The notes under the pieces are model-generated. The model was given only the letters and a program-made list of their open reading frames with translations. It was not told the origin of the DNA and ran no database searches. A stretch of 64,000 nucleotides of DNA from Candidatus Nanopelagicales bacterium. GTDB taxonomy: Bacteria; Actinomycetota; Actinomycetes; S36-B12; JBBQYX01. A program made the translations under genes and the position numbers. The stretch lies in assembly GCA_038208295.1 (NCBI GenBank), contig JBBQYX010000004.1, forward strand, positions 7,966-71,965, given 5' to 3'. Positions 37,650 through 48,485 of the stretch are shown one piece after another. Numbering within the stretch: the stretch's first letter is position 1; every line of letters starts with the position of its first letter.

Positions 37650-40184
37650 TCACTCGGTCGCGATCGCGCGCAGCACGTCGAGTCGGGCCGCACGGATCGC
37701 CGGCCAGCCGGCGGCCAGCACCGCCCCGACGGCGCCCAGCGCCACGAAGGCCGCCAGTTGCCCGCCTGGGATGGCCAACTGACTGATGCCCTGCGGGGCG
37801 AGAACCTGTTGCAGGAGAACGCCGTACGCGACTCCGAGGCCCACTCCCAGCAGCGCCCCGAAGATCCCGAGCAGCAGCGCCTCGATCACGATCATCCAGC
37901 GCACCTGGGACCGGGACGCACCGACAGCGCGGAGCAGACCGATCTCCCGGGTGCGTTCCACCACGCTCAGCAGCAGCGTATTGACGATCCCGAGGAACGC
38001 GATGAGCACGCCGAGGGCGAGCAGTGCGAATAGGAAGCCGAGCACCCGGGTGACCTGAGAGCGGATGTCGTCCTTGAACTGCCGCTGGTCCTGCACCTGC
38101 ACGGTCGGGAAGGCCGTCAGTCGCTGGTCCAGGTCGGCCCGCACGGCAGCGGGATCGGCGTTGGGCATCAGTCGTACGTAGATCGCCGAATCCTGCTCCA
38201 GGCTGCCGAGGGAGGCGATCGTCGGCTTGTCGACGATGAAACCTTGATAGAGACCGGCGGGTTCGTACAGGCCGACCAGGCGCAGGCTGCCGGGCCCGTT
38301 GGGGAACGCCAGCTTCAAGGTCTGGCCCACCCGGTACCCGTTCGCGGTGGCCGTGTCCGTGTCCGTGACGGCGTTGCCGAGGCCGAGGTCGCTCAGCGAC
38401 CCTTGCGTGAACGTGAGGTTGATGACCTGGGCGAGCGCGTCAGGGTCGGCGCCGGTGACGATCGTGCGGTCCCCGTCCTGGGTACGGGTGAAGGTCTGCC
38501 GGACGGCGGTGACCACCGAGGTCCCCGGGGTGTCCGCGACGGCCGCGGCGACGGCCGGCGGGAAGGGCCGGAAGCCGACCCCGAGGACGACGAAGTCGGC
38601 GCCGATCGTGTCGTCGATGACCTTGTCGACCGACGCGGTGGCCGAGGCCGCGATGACCCCCAGCGCGCTCATCAGGGCCACCCCGATGGTCAGCGCGCTA
38701 GCGGTGGCCGCGGTGCGCCGCGGGTTGCGCCGGCCGTTTTCGCGGGCCAGTCGGCCCACGGTGGTGGGAAACGCCGAGCCGAGCAACCCCAGCAGAGGAC
38801 GGGCCAGCAGCGGGGCCAGGGTGATCGCTGCCAGCAGTCCGACGAAGGCCGAGGCTCCTACCCAGCGCGCTCCGGCCTCGGCGTCCTCGCCCTGCTGCAG
38901 CGCCACCGCGCCCAGCCCGATCGCCCCGGCGAGCAGCGCGACGCCGAGTAACCCGCGGCGAACCAGCGACCGGGACGCCGCCATGCCTGGGTCGTCGCGC
39001 AGTGCGGCGACCGGCGGCACCCGCGCAGCCCGGCGAGCGGGCAGCGAGGCGGCCAGCATCGTCACGACCAGGCCGATGGCGTACGTGATCAGGATGGTGC
39101 GGGGGGCCACCACCAGTGACCCCCCGGGGAGTTCGGCACCGAAGGCGGCGAACAGCAGCCGCAGCAGTTGCGACAGGCCGAGACCGGCCGCCAAACCGAG
39201 CGTGGAAGCGACCGCACCGACGACACCGGCCTCGACCAGCACCGACCCCTGGACCTGCCACCGGGAGGCCCCGATGGCCCTGGTGAGCGCCAGCTCGCGG
39301 GTCCGCTGCGCGATCAGCATGGAGAACGTATTGGTGATCAGGAAACCAGCGACGAACAAGGCGATGAAGGCGAAGGCGAGCAGGAACGTCGTCAGGAAGC
39401 CCAGCGCCTCCTGCAGCCGGCGGGAGGTGTCGTCGGAGATCTGCTGCCCGGTCCGGACCGTGATGGGGGCGGTGATGGCCGCATCGACGCGCCCGGCCAG
39501 CTCAGCCTGGGAGACACCGGGTTCGGCGAGAACGCGTACCTCGCTGACCTGTGGCTTCCCGAGCATCACGGCCTGAGCCGTCGGCAGGTCGAACAGGACC
39601 GTGCTCGCGGCGCCCAGGGACCCGCTGATCCCGCGTTGCGCGATCCCCACGACGGTCCACGAACGGGTGGCATCCGAGCCGACGGGCGTGACGATGCGCA
39701 GTGATGCCCCAACGTCGATCGAGGCCTTGTCCGCGGTGGCGACGTCGACGACCACCTCGGCAGGTCCCTTGGGGGCGCGGCCCGCCACGATGGCGTACGG
39801 ATTCAAGGTGGCGTCCTGCAACCAGGACCGGCCCGGCGACTGGCCGCTCGCCCCGCCCAGCGGCTTACCGTCGCGACCCAGCACGACGGCGCCGTTGACG
39901 CTGATGTAGCCCTCGGCGACCGAGACCCCCGGGACTGCGGCGACCTCGCCGACCAGCGCCTGCGGGATGGCGGCCGGGTCCGTACCGAGCCCCTGATCGT
40001 CGCTGCGGGCGGCCACGACGACATCGGCTTGAGGCTGTGCGAACAACTGGTCGAACGAGCGTTGCAGTGAGTCGGTGAACACGAAGGTCCCGGCGACGAA
40101 ACTGACGCCCAACACGATGGAGGCCACCGTGAGGGCCAGCCGCAGCTTGTGCGCGAACAGGGACCGCAGCGCGGATCGCAGCAC
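37650..40184 (-). CDS. ABC transporter permease with two FtsX/MacB-type domains
   Basis: 844 aa, with two MacB_PCD-like extracytoplasmic regions, each followed by a 3-4 TM FtsX module (e.g. RTREIGLLRAVGASRSQV, RTRELALTRAIGASRWQV). Confidence 0.88.
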   Translation of the reverse strand: MLRSALRSLFAHKLRLALTVASIVLGVSFVAGTFVFTDSLQRSFDQLFAQPQADVVVAARSDDQGLGTDPAAIPQALVGEVAAVPGVSVAEGYISVNGAVVLGRDGKPLGGASGQSPGRSWLQDATLNPYAIVAGRAPKGPAEVVVDVATADKASIDVGASLRIVTPVGSDATRSWTVVGIAQRGISGSLGAASTVLFDLPTAQAVMLGKPQVSEVRVLAEPGVSQAELAGRVDAAITAPITVRTGQQISDDTSRRLQEALGFLTTFLLAFAFIALFVAGFLITNTFSMLIAQRTRELALTRAIGASRWQVQGSVLVEAGVVGAVASTLGLAAGLGLSQLLRLLFAAFGAELPGGSLVVAPRTILITYAIGLVVTMLAASLPARRAARVPPVAALRDDPGMAASRSLVRRGLLGVALLAGAIGLGAVALQQGEDAEAGARWVGASAFVGLLAAITLAPLLARPLLGLLGSAFPTTVGRLARENGRRNPRRTAATASALTIGVALMSALGVIAASATASVDKVIDDTIGADFVVLGVGFRPFPPAVAAAVADTPGTSVVTAVRQTFTRTQDGDRTIVTGADPDALAQVINLTFTQGSLSDLGLGNAVTDTDTATANGYRVGQTLKLAFPNGPGSLRLVGLYEPAGLYQGFIVDKPTIASLGSLEQDSAIYVRLMPNADPAAVRADLDQRLTAFPTVQVQDQRQFKDDIRSQVTRVLGFLFALLALGVLIAFLGIVNTLLLSVVERTREIGLLRAVGASRSQVRWMIVIEALLLGIFGALLGVGLGVAYGVLLQQVLAPQGISQLAIPGGQLAAFVALGAVGAVLAAGWPAIRAARLDVLRAIATE

Positions 40185-40189
40185 CGCTG

Positions 40190-40960
40190 TCAGCCCCGTA
40201 CGGGGGCGCGGTCGAAGGCCTTCATCCGCTCCAGGACCCGCTCGGCGGTCGGCTCCCGCATCTCGTCCACGATCCGGCCGTCCCCGAGGAAGATCACGCG
40301 GTCGGCGTAGGAGGCCGCCCCGGGATCATGGGTCACGATGACGATCGTCTGGCCGAACTCGTCGACGCTACGGCGCAGGAACCCCAACACCTCCGCACCC
40401 GAGCGCGAGTCCAGGTTTCCGGTCGGCTCGTCGGCGAAAACGATCCGCGGTCGGGTAGCCAGGGCCCGGGCACAGGCGACCCGCTGCTGCTGCCCGCCAG
40501 ACAGCTCCGCGGGCCGGTGGTCCAGGCGGTCCCGCAAACCGATCGTGTCGATGATCGTGTCCAGCCACGCCGGGTCCGGTTTCCGCCCGGCGATATCCAG
40601 CGGGAGGGTGATGTTCTCCAGCGCGGACAGGGTCGGCACCAGGTTGAACGCCTGGAAGACGAACCCAACTGCATCCCGGCGCAGCCGGGTCAGCTTCTTG
40701 TCGGACAGGCCCATCAGCGCGGTGTCGCCGATCCACACGTCACCCGAGGTGGCCGAGTCGAGGCCGGCCAGCAGGTGCATCAGGGTCGACTTACCCGACC
40801 CGGACGGTCCCATGATCGCGGTGAACTCCCCGCTGCGGATCTCGACGTCCACGGCATCCAGGGCCACCACGGCCGTGTCGGACTGGCCGTAGATCTTCGT
40901 CAGCGCGTGTGCCCGAGATGCCGCGGTCGGCTGTGCAGACTCGGGGACCGGGGCCGTCAC
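40190..40960 (-). CDS. ABC transporter ATP-binding protein (MacB/LolD-type)
   Basis: It has Walker A GPSGSGKST, signature LSGGQQQRVACARAL and Walker B IVFADEPTGNLD. The gene lies 5 nt upstream of the permease gene. Confidence 0.92.
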   Translation of the reverse strand: MTAPVPESAQPTAASRAHALTKIYGQSDTAVVALDAVDVEIRSGEFTAIMGPSGSGKSTLMHLLAGLDSATSGDVWIGDTALMGLSDKKLTRLRRDAVGFVFQAFNLVPTLSALENITLPLDIAGRKPDPAWLDTIIDTIGLRDRLDHRPAELSGGQQQRVACARALATRPRIVFADEPTGNLDSRSGAEVLGFLRRSVDEFGQTIVIVTHDPGAASYADRVIFLGDGRIVDEMREPTAERVLERMKAFDRAPVRG

Positions 40961-41213
40961 GGGGCGATCACCGCTGAGATCGCCAGGGGCACGATCGGCA
41001 GGGACGCCTGGGCGTCAAGATCCACGACATGCATCCGTGCAGTCTGCGCCGTTGCCGCGGGCATCGCCAACGCGGGCCGGTGCGCTGTGTACGGCGCTCG
41101 TGGGGGACGCAGGGCTGGAGCGTCGCGCACGCAGGGGTCGGGCTGGGTTGGGGCGCTCCCAGGTCCGCACCGCAGCGGCGACGTCGGGCCCGGGTCGCCC
41201 GTACCCTGGGTGA

Positions 41214-42431
41214 ATGTCGCAGGCTGCAGCAGATCCAGATCCAGGTCCCGCGCCCGAGACCGGGCGACGAGGCTGGGTCGTCGGGGGAGTCGCCGTCTCG
41301 GTGCCTCCCAGCGGGGTCCTGGGCGTCCTGATCATCGCCTGGCTGTGGTCGCCCGCGTTTGCCCAGCAGGGGGCACCTGCCTCCCAGCAGTATGTGTTGG
41401 CGGGTGTTTTCGCGCTGCTGCTGTACGCCTCGATCCTGCTGCACGAGGTCGCGCATGCCGTCGCGGCGCGTTCGTTCGGCTTCCCGGTGTCGCAGATCGT
41501 GCTGTGGGTGCTGGGCGGGTTCACGGTGTACGAGCGGACCCGGCCGTCCCCGGGCCGTGAGGCCGTGGTTGCGCTGGCTGGACCGCTCACCACGGCCGCG
41601 GTCGCCGGCCTGTTCGCGGTGGCGGCCAACCTTGCCGACGGTGCCGATCCGCGGATCGTGGCGGTCCTGGCCGCATCCGCGTGGGCCAACGGGATCATGG
41701 CCGCGTACAACCTGCTGCCCGGCCTGCCCCTGGATGGCGGCACGGTGCTCAAAGCCGCCGTGTGGGCCGGTACCCGCTCGGAACACCGAGGCACGGTCGC
41801 TGCGGCGTGGGCCGGTCGCGCTCTGGCGGTGCTGATGATCGCGATCCCGCTGTGGTGGGTGCTGCGCACCCCAGACAATTCCTACGTGGGCCTGCTCGTC
41901 ACCGGTGTGATCTTCGCTGCGCTGCTGTGGAGCGGTGCGACGCAGTCGCTGCGGCGGGCGGAGCTGGAGGCGCGGCTGCCCGGCGTCGCGGCCGGCGTGC
42001 TGGCAGTTCCCGCCATCCCCGTACCGGCCGAGCTGTCCCTCGACCAGGCGCTGCTGCGGGTGCAGGCGCAGTCGACGACCCCGAGCGGTCCTGCGACCGC
42101 GCTGGGGAGTGCCGGGGTCGCCACCGCTGCTGCGGCGCAGACCGTGGGTGATGTCGCCCTGGTGGTGGTCGACCCGCAGGGACGCCCGGTGGGCATCGTC
42201 GAGCAGGCCGCGGCCGTGGCCGTACCCGAGCAGCGGCGCGCCTGGGTCACCGTCGGTGCGCTGGCCCGGTCGCTGGACACCGCCTCGTCGGTGGCTGCTG
42301 AGCTGGCCGGGTACGAGTTGGTCCAGGCCATCACCGACGGCGGTGAGCCGATTGACCGGCTGGTCGTGCGCGACGGGCTGATCGTGGGGGTGCTGCGCGC
42401 GCATGCCGTCGCCGCCGCGTTGTCCCGCTGA
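41214..42431 (+). CDS. M50-family site-2 metalloprotease with C-terminal CBS pair
   Basis: It has an HEVAHAV zinc motif, an NLLPGLPLDGG second motif, multiple TM helices and a CBS-like C-terminus. The exact start is uncertain. Confidence 0.8.
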   Translation: MSQAAADPDPGPAPETGRRGWVVGGVAVSVPPSGVLGVLIIAWLWSPAFAQQGAPASQQYVLAGVFALLLYASILLHEVAHAVAARSFGFPVSQIVLWVLGGFTVYERTRPSPGREAVVALAGPLTTAAVAGLFAVAANLADGADPRIVAVLAASAWANGIMAAYNLLPGLPLDGGTVLKAAVWAGTRSEHRGTVAAAWAGRALAVLMIAIPLWWVLRTPDNSYVGLLVTGVIFAALLWSGATQSLRRAELEARLPGVAAGVLAVPAIPVPAELSLDQALLRVQAQSTTPSGPATALGSAGVATAAAAQTVGDVALVVVDPQGRPVGIVEQAAAVAVPEQRRAWVTVGALARSLDTASSVAAELAGYELVQAITDGGEPIDRLVVRDGLIVGVLRAHAVAAALSR

Positions 42432-42496
42432 GCGCATGCGGTCGACGATGTTGCCGGTGCGTGATCCTGTCCTGCGGGCGCCACTAACCTCACCGG

Positions 42497-43534
42497 GTGC
42501 CCGTACACTCCGCCGACCCCGGCGATCCAAGCGTCGCGACCCCTGACTTGGCCGACCCATCGCTGGGCTCCGATCCGGACCGTGCGCCCGAGCCCTTCGT
42601 ACGACAACACCGCGGGCAGTTCGCGGTCGGAGATCTCGTCCAACTGACCGACCCGAAGGGCCGCCACCACACGATCACGTTGGTCGCTGGGCAGCAGTTC
42701 CACTCCCACAAGGGCGCGATCGAGCATGATGCGATCCTGGGTAGCCCGGAGGGCATCGTCGTCACCTCGACCGGCGGCATCGGCTACCTGTGCCTGCGTC
42801 CGCTGTTGCGCGACTTCGTGCTGTCCATGCCGCGGGGCGCCACGGTCGTCTACCCCAAGGACGCCGCGTCCATCGTCGGGCTGCTGGACCTGCACCCCGG
42901 CCACCGGGTGCTGGAGGCAGGGGCCGGCTCGGGCGCCTTGACCTGCTCACTGCTGCGGGCGGTGGGGGACGCCGGCCGGGTCGTGTCATACGAGCGCCGG
43001 GCCGACTTCGCCGCGGTGGCCGCGACGAACGTACGGCGGTGGTTCGGCCGCGAGCACCCGGCGTGGGAACTCATCGTCGGCGACCTGGCCACGGGCACAT
43101 CGGACAGCGGCGCTGCGCTGCCACCTGGGCAGCCGGCGCAGTTCGACGCCGTCGTGCTGGACATGCTGGCCCCGTGGGATTGCGTGGAGACCGTGGCGCA
43201 CAGCCTCGCGCCCGGCGGGGTGCTCGTGGGCTACGTGGCCACCACGACGCAGCTGTCCCGGTTGGTCGAGACCCTGCGGGCCGACGGGCGTTGGACCGAG
43301 CCGAGGTCGGAGGAGACCCTGCTGCGGACCTGGCACCTGGAGGGCCTGGCCGTACGCCCGGACCACCGGATGAGCGGCCACACCGGCTTCCTGATGTCCA
43401 CCCGGCGGCTGGCCGACGGCACTGTGCTACCGGCCCGGCGGACCCGGCCGGCCAAGGGCGCGTATGGGGACGACTACACCGGCCCGGGAGCCGCGGGCCC
43501 AGCGACCGTCGAGCCTGGCGGGCCCACCGACTGA
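42497..43534 (+). CDS. trmI: tRNA (adenine58-N1)-methyltransferase TrmI
   Basis: It contains [35 protein letters not shown] and the SAM motif [12 protein letters not shown]. It occupies the same position relative to arc/mpa as Rv2118c. An N-terminal ~40-aa extension makes the start uncertain. Confidence 0.88.
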   Translation: MPVHSADPGDPSVATPDLADPSLGSDPDRAPEPFVRQHRGQFAVGDLVQLTDPKGRHHTITLVAGQQFHSHKGAIEHDAILGSPEGIVVTSTGGIGYLCLRPLLRDFVLSMPRGATVVYPKDAASIVGLLDLHPGHRVLEAGAGSGALTCSLLRAVGDAGRVVSYERRADFAAVAATNVRRWFGREHPAWELIVGDLATGTSDSGAALPPGQPAQFDAVVLDMLAPWDCVETVAHSLAPGGVLVGYVATTTQLSRLVETLRADGRWTEPRSEETLLRTWHLEGLAVRPDHRMSGHTGFLMSTRRLADGTVLPARRTRPAKGAYGDDYTGPGAAGPATVEPGGPTD

Positions 43535-43629
43535 ACCGGCCGCTGCCTCAGACAGGCAACGTGGATCGGGGTGCGCCGGCGGTATCCGTGGGTAGGGTCT
43601 CGTGGGGGATACGGACGGAGGTGGGAGAC

Positions 43630-45303
43630 ATGCCGCACGACGAGCGTGACCCGTACCGGGACCGCGGTAGCAATCGGGCGGACGAGGCCACCGCCACGGC
43701 GTTGCAGACGGAGTTGGCCTCGCTGACCGTGCAGAACCAGCGGCTGGCAGCCACGCTGCGGGAGGCCCGCGACCAAATCCTGACCCTGAAGGCCGAGGTG
43801 GACCGGCTGGCCGAGCCGCCCAGCGGCTATGGAGTTTTCGTCGAGTTGTTTGAGGACGGCTCGATGGACGTCGTGGCCGCCGGGCGACGGATGCGGGTGA
43901 CCGCCAGCCCGACCGTGGTGGCCGAGTCGCTGGTGCCAGGTCAGGAGGTCATGCTCAACGAGGCGATGAACGTCGTCGGGGTTCGGGCCTTTGAACGTTT
44001 CGGCGAGATCGTGACGCTGAAGGAGATCCTCGAGGGCGGCGACCGGGCCCTCGTCGTGGGGCACACCGATGACGAAAAGGTCGTACGAATGGCCGCGCCG
44101 TTGCAGGGGACCCGGCTGCGCGCCGGAGACGCGCTGCTGCTCGAACCACGGTCCGGCTACGTACACGAGAAGGTCGCCAAGGCCGAAGTCGAGGAACTGG
44201 TCCTCGAGGAAGTGCCGGACATCGCGTACGAGGACATCGGCGGCCTCGGACCTCAGATCGAGATGATCCGCGACGCCGTCGAACTGCCGTTCCTGCACCC
44301 GGATCTGTTTGCTGAGCACAAACTGGCGCCGCCCAAGGGAATCCTGCTGTACGGCCCGCCCGGGTGCGGCAAGACGCTGATCGCCAAGGCGGTCGCGAAC
44401 TCACTGGCGAAGAAAGTCGCAGCACAGACCGGCCTGGGGGAGGGGCGATCGTTCTTCCTGAACATCAAGGGCCCGGAACTTCTGAACAAATATGTCGGCG
44501 AAACGGAACGGCACATCCGACTGGTCTTTCAGCGGGCCCGCGAGAAGGCCTCCGAAGGCATGCCCGTCATCGTCTTCTTCGACGAGATGGACTCACTGTT
44601 CCGCACCCGCGGGTCCGGGGTATCCAGCGACGTCGAGAACACGATCGTCCCGCAGTTGCTCTCCGAGATCGACGGCGTGGAGAGCCTGGAGAACGTGATC
44701 GTGATCGGTGCCTCCAACCGGGAGGACATGATCGACCCGGCCATCTTGCGCCCCGGCCGACTCGACGTGAAGATCAAGATCGAGCGCCCGGATGCGCAGG
44801 GCGCCAGCGATATCTTCACCAAATACCTCACGCCCGACCTACCACTGCACCCCGATGACCTGGCCGAGAACGGACATGACGCAGCGGCCACCTGTGCGGC
44901 CATGATCCAGCGAGCCGTAGAGCGGATGTACTCCGAGGAGGACGACAACCGCTTCCTGGAGGTCACCTATGCCAATGGCGACAAAGAGACGTTGTACTTC
45001 AAGGACTTCAATTCCGGTGCGATGATTGAGAACATCGTTGCGCGGGCCAAGAAGATGGCGATCAAGGACCTGTTGGAACACGGGCACCGGGGCATCCGGG
45101 TGCAGCACATGCTGGCAGCGTGCATCGATGAGTTCCGCGAGAACGAAGACCTGCCGAACACCACCAACCCGGACGACTGGGCGCGCATCTCGGGCAAGAA
45201 GGGCGAGCGCATCGTCTACATCCGGACTCTGGTGCAGGGCAAGCAGGGCACCGAGGCCGGCCGTTCGATCGACACCGTCGCGAACACCGGGCAATACCTG
45301 TAA
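43630..45303 (+). CDS. arc: Proteasome-associated AAA ATPase ARC/Mpa
   Basis: I set the start at ATG 43630 (MPHDERDPY...). It has an N-terminal coiled coil ([36 protein letters not shown]), Walker A GPPGCGKT, Walker [10 protein letters not shown] and the C-terminal GQYL proteasome-docking tail. Confidence 0.96.
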   Translation: MPHDERDPYRDRGSNRADEATATALQTELASLTVQNQRLAATLREARDQILTLKAEVDRLAEPPSGYGVFVELFEDGSMDVVAAGRRMRVTASPTVVAESLVPGQEVMLNEAMNVVGVRAFERFGEIVTLKEILEGGDRALVVGHTDDEKVVRMAAPLQGTRLRAGDALLLEPRSGYVHEKVAKAEVEELVLEEVPDIAYEDIGGLGPQIEMIRDAVELPFLHPDLFAEHKLAPPKGILLYGPPGCGKTLIAKAVANSLAKKVAAQTGLGEGRSFFLNIKGPELLNKYVGETERHIRLVFQRAREKASEGMPVIVFFDEMDSLFRTRGSGVSSDVENTIVPQLLSEIDGVESLENVIVIGASNREDMIDPAILRPGRLDVKIKIERPDAQGASDIFTKYLTPDLPLHPDDLAENGHDAAATCAAMIQRAVERMYSEEDDNRFLEVTYANGDKETLYFKDFNSGAMIENIVARAKKMAIKDLLEHGHRGIRVQHMLAACIDEFRENEDLPNTTNPDDWARISGKKGERIVYIRTLVQGKQGTEAGRSIDTVANTGQYL

Positions 45304-45397
45304 CTGCCTGCGCGGCTGGTCCTCGTCGCTGACGGCACAGCAGATCACCGATGGCTGCTGCGCAGCCGTTGTCAGGGGTCCTGCGTACCCTGGCTGC

Positions 45398-46918
45398 ATG
45401 AGCGTGCATCGCGTGATGGGCATCGAGACCGAGTACGGGGTGTCCGTGCCGGGTCATCCGCATGTCAACGCCATGCTGACGTCCTCGCGGGTGGTCAACG
45501 CCTACGCCATGGCGACCCTGGGGGAGCGGCGCAGCAAACCGCGGTGGAGTTATGACGAGGAGACCCCGCTGCGCGACGCCCGGGGCTACGACATGACGCG
45601 GGCAGAGGCCGACCCCACCCAGCTGACCGACGAGGACCTCGGCCTGGCCAACCTCATCCTGACCAACGGCGCCCGGCTATACGTCGACCACGCCCACCCG
45701 GAGTTCTCCTCCCCGGAGGTCACCAACCCGCGCGATGCGCTGCTTTGGGACCGCGCCGGTATGGCAATCATGGCGCGGGCGGCCGAGCTGGCGTCGGCGG
45801 TGCCAGGCAGTCAGCCGATCCAGCTGTACAAGAACAACACCGACAACAAGGGTGCCTCGTACGGCTGCCACGAGAACTACCTGATGCGCCGGGAGACCCC
45901 ATTCGGCGACATCGTGCGGCACCTGACGCCGTTCTTCGTCTCCCGCCAGGTGATCGCCGGGGCCGGCCGGGTCGGCCGCGGGCAGGACGGGCGTGGGCAG
46001 GGCTTCCAGCTGTCGCAGCGCGCAGACTTCTTCGAGGTTGAGGTGGGCCTGGAGACCACCCTGAAACGCCCCATCATCAACACCCGGGACGAGCCACACG
46101 CCGACCCGGAGCGTTACCGACGACTCCATGTGATCGTCGGTGACGCCAACCTGGCGGAGCTGTCCACCTATCTCAAACTTGGCACCACCTCCCTGGTCCT
46201 TGCGATGATCGAAGAGGGAGCCCTCGACGTCGACTGGATGCCGGAACGCCCCGTCCACGAGATGCATGCGGTCTCCCACGACCCCGACCTGGTGCACCAG
46301 ATCCGGCTGCGGTCGGGTAGATCCCTGACTGCGGTGGAACTGCAGTGGGAATACTGCGAGCAGGCCCGCAAGTTCGTCGACGACCGGACCGGAGCCGACA
46401 CCGACGCCCAGACCGTCGATGTCCTGGCCCGGTGGGAGTCGGTGCTGTCCCGGTTGGAGTCCGATCCCGACTCCCTCGTCGGGGAGCTGGACTGGGTGGC
46501 CAAGCGGTCGATGCTGGAGGGCTACCGCCGGCGGGACAACCTGAGTTGGGATGCGCCACGGCTGCAGCTGGTCGATTTGCAGTATTCCGATGTCCGGCCC
46601 GACAAGGGCCTGTCACAGCGGCTGGAACAGCGGGGCAGCCTGACGCGGCTGACGACCGAGGACGAGGTTCGGCACGCGATCGAACGACCACCGACGGACA
46701 CCCGCGCCTACTTCCGGGGCGAGTGCCTGCGCCGCTATGGCGAGTCGGTGGCTGCCGCCTCCTGGGACTCAGTGATCTTCGACGTGGCCGGACACGATGC
46801 CCTGCAACGGGTTCCCACCCTCGAACCGACCCGGGGCACGCGCGCCCACGTGGGAGCCCTGCTGGACTCCTGCGACACCGCCGACGACCTCGTCCGGGCG
46901 TTGACCGCCGCCCGCTGA
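45398..46918 (+). CDS. dop: Pup deamidase/depupylase Dop
   Basis: I set the start at ATG 45398 ([15 protein letters not shown]). It contains [25 protein letters not shown], and [25 protein letters not shown], which is shared with PafA. Confidence 0.95.
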   Translation: MSVHRVMGIETEYGVSVPGHPHVNAMLTSSRVVNAYAMATLGERRSKPRWSYDEETPLRDARGYDMTRAEADPTQLTDEDLGLANLILTNGARLYVDHAHPEFSSPEVTNPRDALLWDRAGMAIMARAAELASAVPGSQPIQLYKNNTDNKGASYGCHENYLMRRETPFGDIVRHLTPFFVSRQVIAGAGRVGRGQDGRGQGFQLSQRADFFEVEVGLETTLKRPIINTRDEPHADPERYRRLHVIVGDANLAELSTYLKLGTTSLVLAMIEEGALDVDWMPERPVHEMHAVSHDPDLVHQIRLRSGRSLTAVELQWEYCEQARKFVDDRTGADTDAQTVDVLARWESVLSRLESDPDSLVGELDWVAKRSMLEGYRRRDNLSWDAPRLQLVDLQYSDVRPDKGLSQRLEQRGSLTRLTTEDEVRHAIERPPTDTRAYFRGECLRRYGESVAAASWDSVIFDVAGHDALQRVPTLEPTRGTRAHVGALLDSCDTADDLVRALTAAR

Positions 46919-46924
46919 GGCGCT

Positions 46925-47146
46925 TCAGCGGGGAGGATTCGACTCCAGGCGCAGCGCCAGCGCTGGGCAGGCGGCCACGGCGCGCTCGGCCAGGCCGGAC
47001 AGATCCGATGGAACAGACCCGGCGATGACCGGGTAGCCCCAGTCATCCAGGGTGATCAACTCGGGTAGAAGTTCCTCGCACAGGCCGTGGGCCTTGCAGC
47101 GCAACCAGTCCACCACCAGCCGGCGGTCCGTGCTGGGTTCGGTCAT
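46925..47146 (-). CDS. Small single-cluster ferredoxin (CxxHxxC...CP type, likely [3Fe-4S])
   Basis: I set the start at the internal ATG 47146, giving 73 aa. It contains VDWLRCKAHGLCEELLPE ... AVAACPALAL. It is the last gene of the minus-strand redox operon. Confidence 0.75.
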   Translation of the reverse strand: MTEPSTDRRLVVDWLRCKAHGLCEELLPELITLDDWGYPVIAGSVPSDLSGLAERAVAACPALALRLESNPPR

Positions 47147-47150
47147 CGAG

Positions 47151-48485
47151 CTACCTCCAGTCCATGGCGGCACCCAGCGCGACAGACGGCACCCGCAGCG
47201 CCCCGGAATGCCGAGCCGCCGAGCAGGGGTGGCCGGCGGCATGCGCCACAACGTCGGTGGCAGTCAGATCCAGTGCGCTGCGGACGGTCCGCACCACACC
47301 GCCCGGATGGTGACAGGCGCCGCGACCCACGACCAGGCCGCACCAGCGAGCCACGTCGGCCAGTGTGTCGTCGTTGCCTCGCCCGGCAGCCAATGCGGCC
47401 AGCCCCACGGCGATCGCCGGCAGGCCGTTCAGGCACGGTCCGCACTGCCGGGCGCTCTCCCCGGCCATCCAATGCGCGATCCGTGCGGTCTCGCTCAGGA
47501 CACAGGTGCCCGGCGGTACGCAGGCCAGCAGGCCGACGCCGAGGGCGGCCCCACCCGATCCGCGGCGCGGTGACGCCAGCGAGATGGTCCCGACCGTCTC
47601 CGTTGACAGCCAGGTCCCGGCGTACCCGCCGACGAGCACCGCACCCACCTGCTCCGGCGTCGCCCCGGCCGCCGCGAGCGCATCCCCGGCACGCGCGTCG
47701 GTGGGTGCCTCCACCACGGTGGTCGACCCATCGGGTGCGATCACCGTGAGCAGTCGGGTCCCCGGATCGTGCTCGGCGCCGACCCCGGCGAACCACTCCG
47801 GCCCGTACCGGGCGATCAGCCCGGCATGGGCGTACGTCTCCGCGTTGGACAGCAATGTGGGGCGGCCGTCGACACCGCGCTCGTCTGGTCGCGGCCGCGG
47901 GCCGGTCGGCAGCGCTTGACCACCGGACAGGAACCGTACGACCGCGCCGGCCTCGCCGGAGACGTAACGGTCGGGCACCTCCTCGACCCGGACTGCCACG
48001 CCAGGGTGGTCGACCTGCTCCCGCTCCTGCAGGGCCGCCGTGAGGCTGCTGCGGGCGGCGTCGTCACCGCGGTGCACGACCACGACGATCTCGCGGGCCC
48101 GCACCGCCACGGCGCACGCTTGCGCACCGTCCAAAACCACGTGGGGTACGTGAGCCAGCAGCGCGGCGTCCTTGCGGGACAGCGGCTCACCCTCGCTGGC
48201 GTTGACCACGACGATCGGGCGTCGGCGGCGCTGCGCCACCGCGGCCACCTTCAGACCGAACGGGAACGCCGCCCCACCGCGACCGAGCAGACCGCTGGCC
48301 GACAGCGCGGCGATCAGCGCGGGGGTGCCGCGGCCGCGACGATGAGGCGGCAACGAGCCGTGCCGAGCCTCGTGCGCCGCCAGATCCACCCTGCCGCGGC
48401 CCTGAACCCCGTCCAACAGCCGCGGCTGCCCGACCCACGCCAACCGCCAGGTGTCTGTTCCAGGGTGGGTCACGGACGCTGTCAT
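47151..48485 (-). CDS. NuoF-like flavoprotein (NADH-quinone oxidoreductase subunit F-type; SLBB and Fe-S binding regions)
   Basis: I set the start at ATG 48485, which overlaps the upstream stop (ATGA). GLLGRGGAAFPFGLK matches GRGGAGFPTG.K. VVVNASEGEPLSRKDAALL, YVSGEAGAVV, ESARQCGPCLNG and GACHHPGG follow the order of NuoF motifs. Confidence 0.8.
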   Translation of the reverse strand: MTASVTHPGTDTWRLAWVGQPRLLDGVQGRGRVDLAAHEARHGSLPPHRRGRGTPALIAALSASGLLGRGGAAFPFGLKVAAVAQRRRRPIVVVNASEGEPLSRKDAALLAHVPHVVLDGAQACAVAVRAREIVVVVHRGDDAARSSLTAALQEREQVDHPGVAVRVEEVPDRYVSGEAGAVVRFLSGGQALPTGPRPRPDERGVDGRPTLLSNAETYAHAGLIARYGPEWFAGVGAEHDPGTRLLTVIAPDGSTTVVEAPTDARAGDALAAAGATPEQVGAVLVGGYAGTWLSTETVGTISLASPRRGSGGAALGVGLLACVPPGTCVLSETARIAHWMAGESARQCGPCLNGLPAIAVGLAALAAGRGNDDTLADVARWCGLVVGRGACHHPGGVVRTVRSALDLTATDVVAHAAGHPCSAARHSGALRVPSVALGAAMDWR

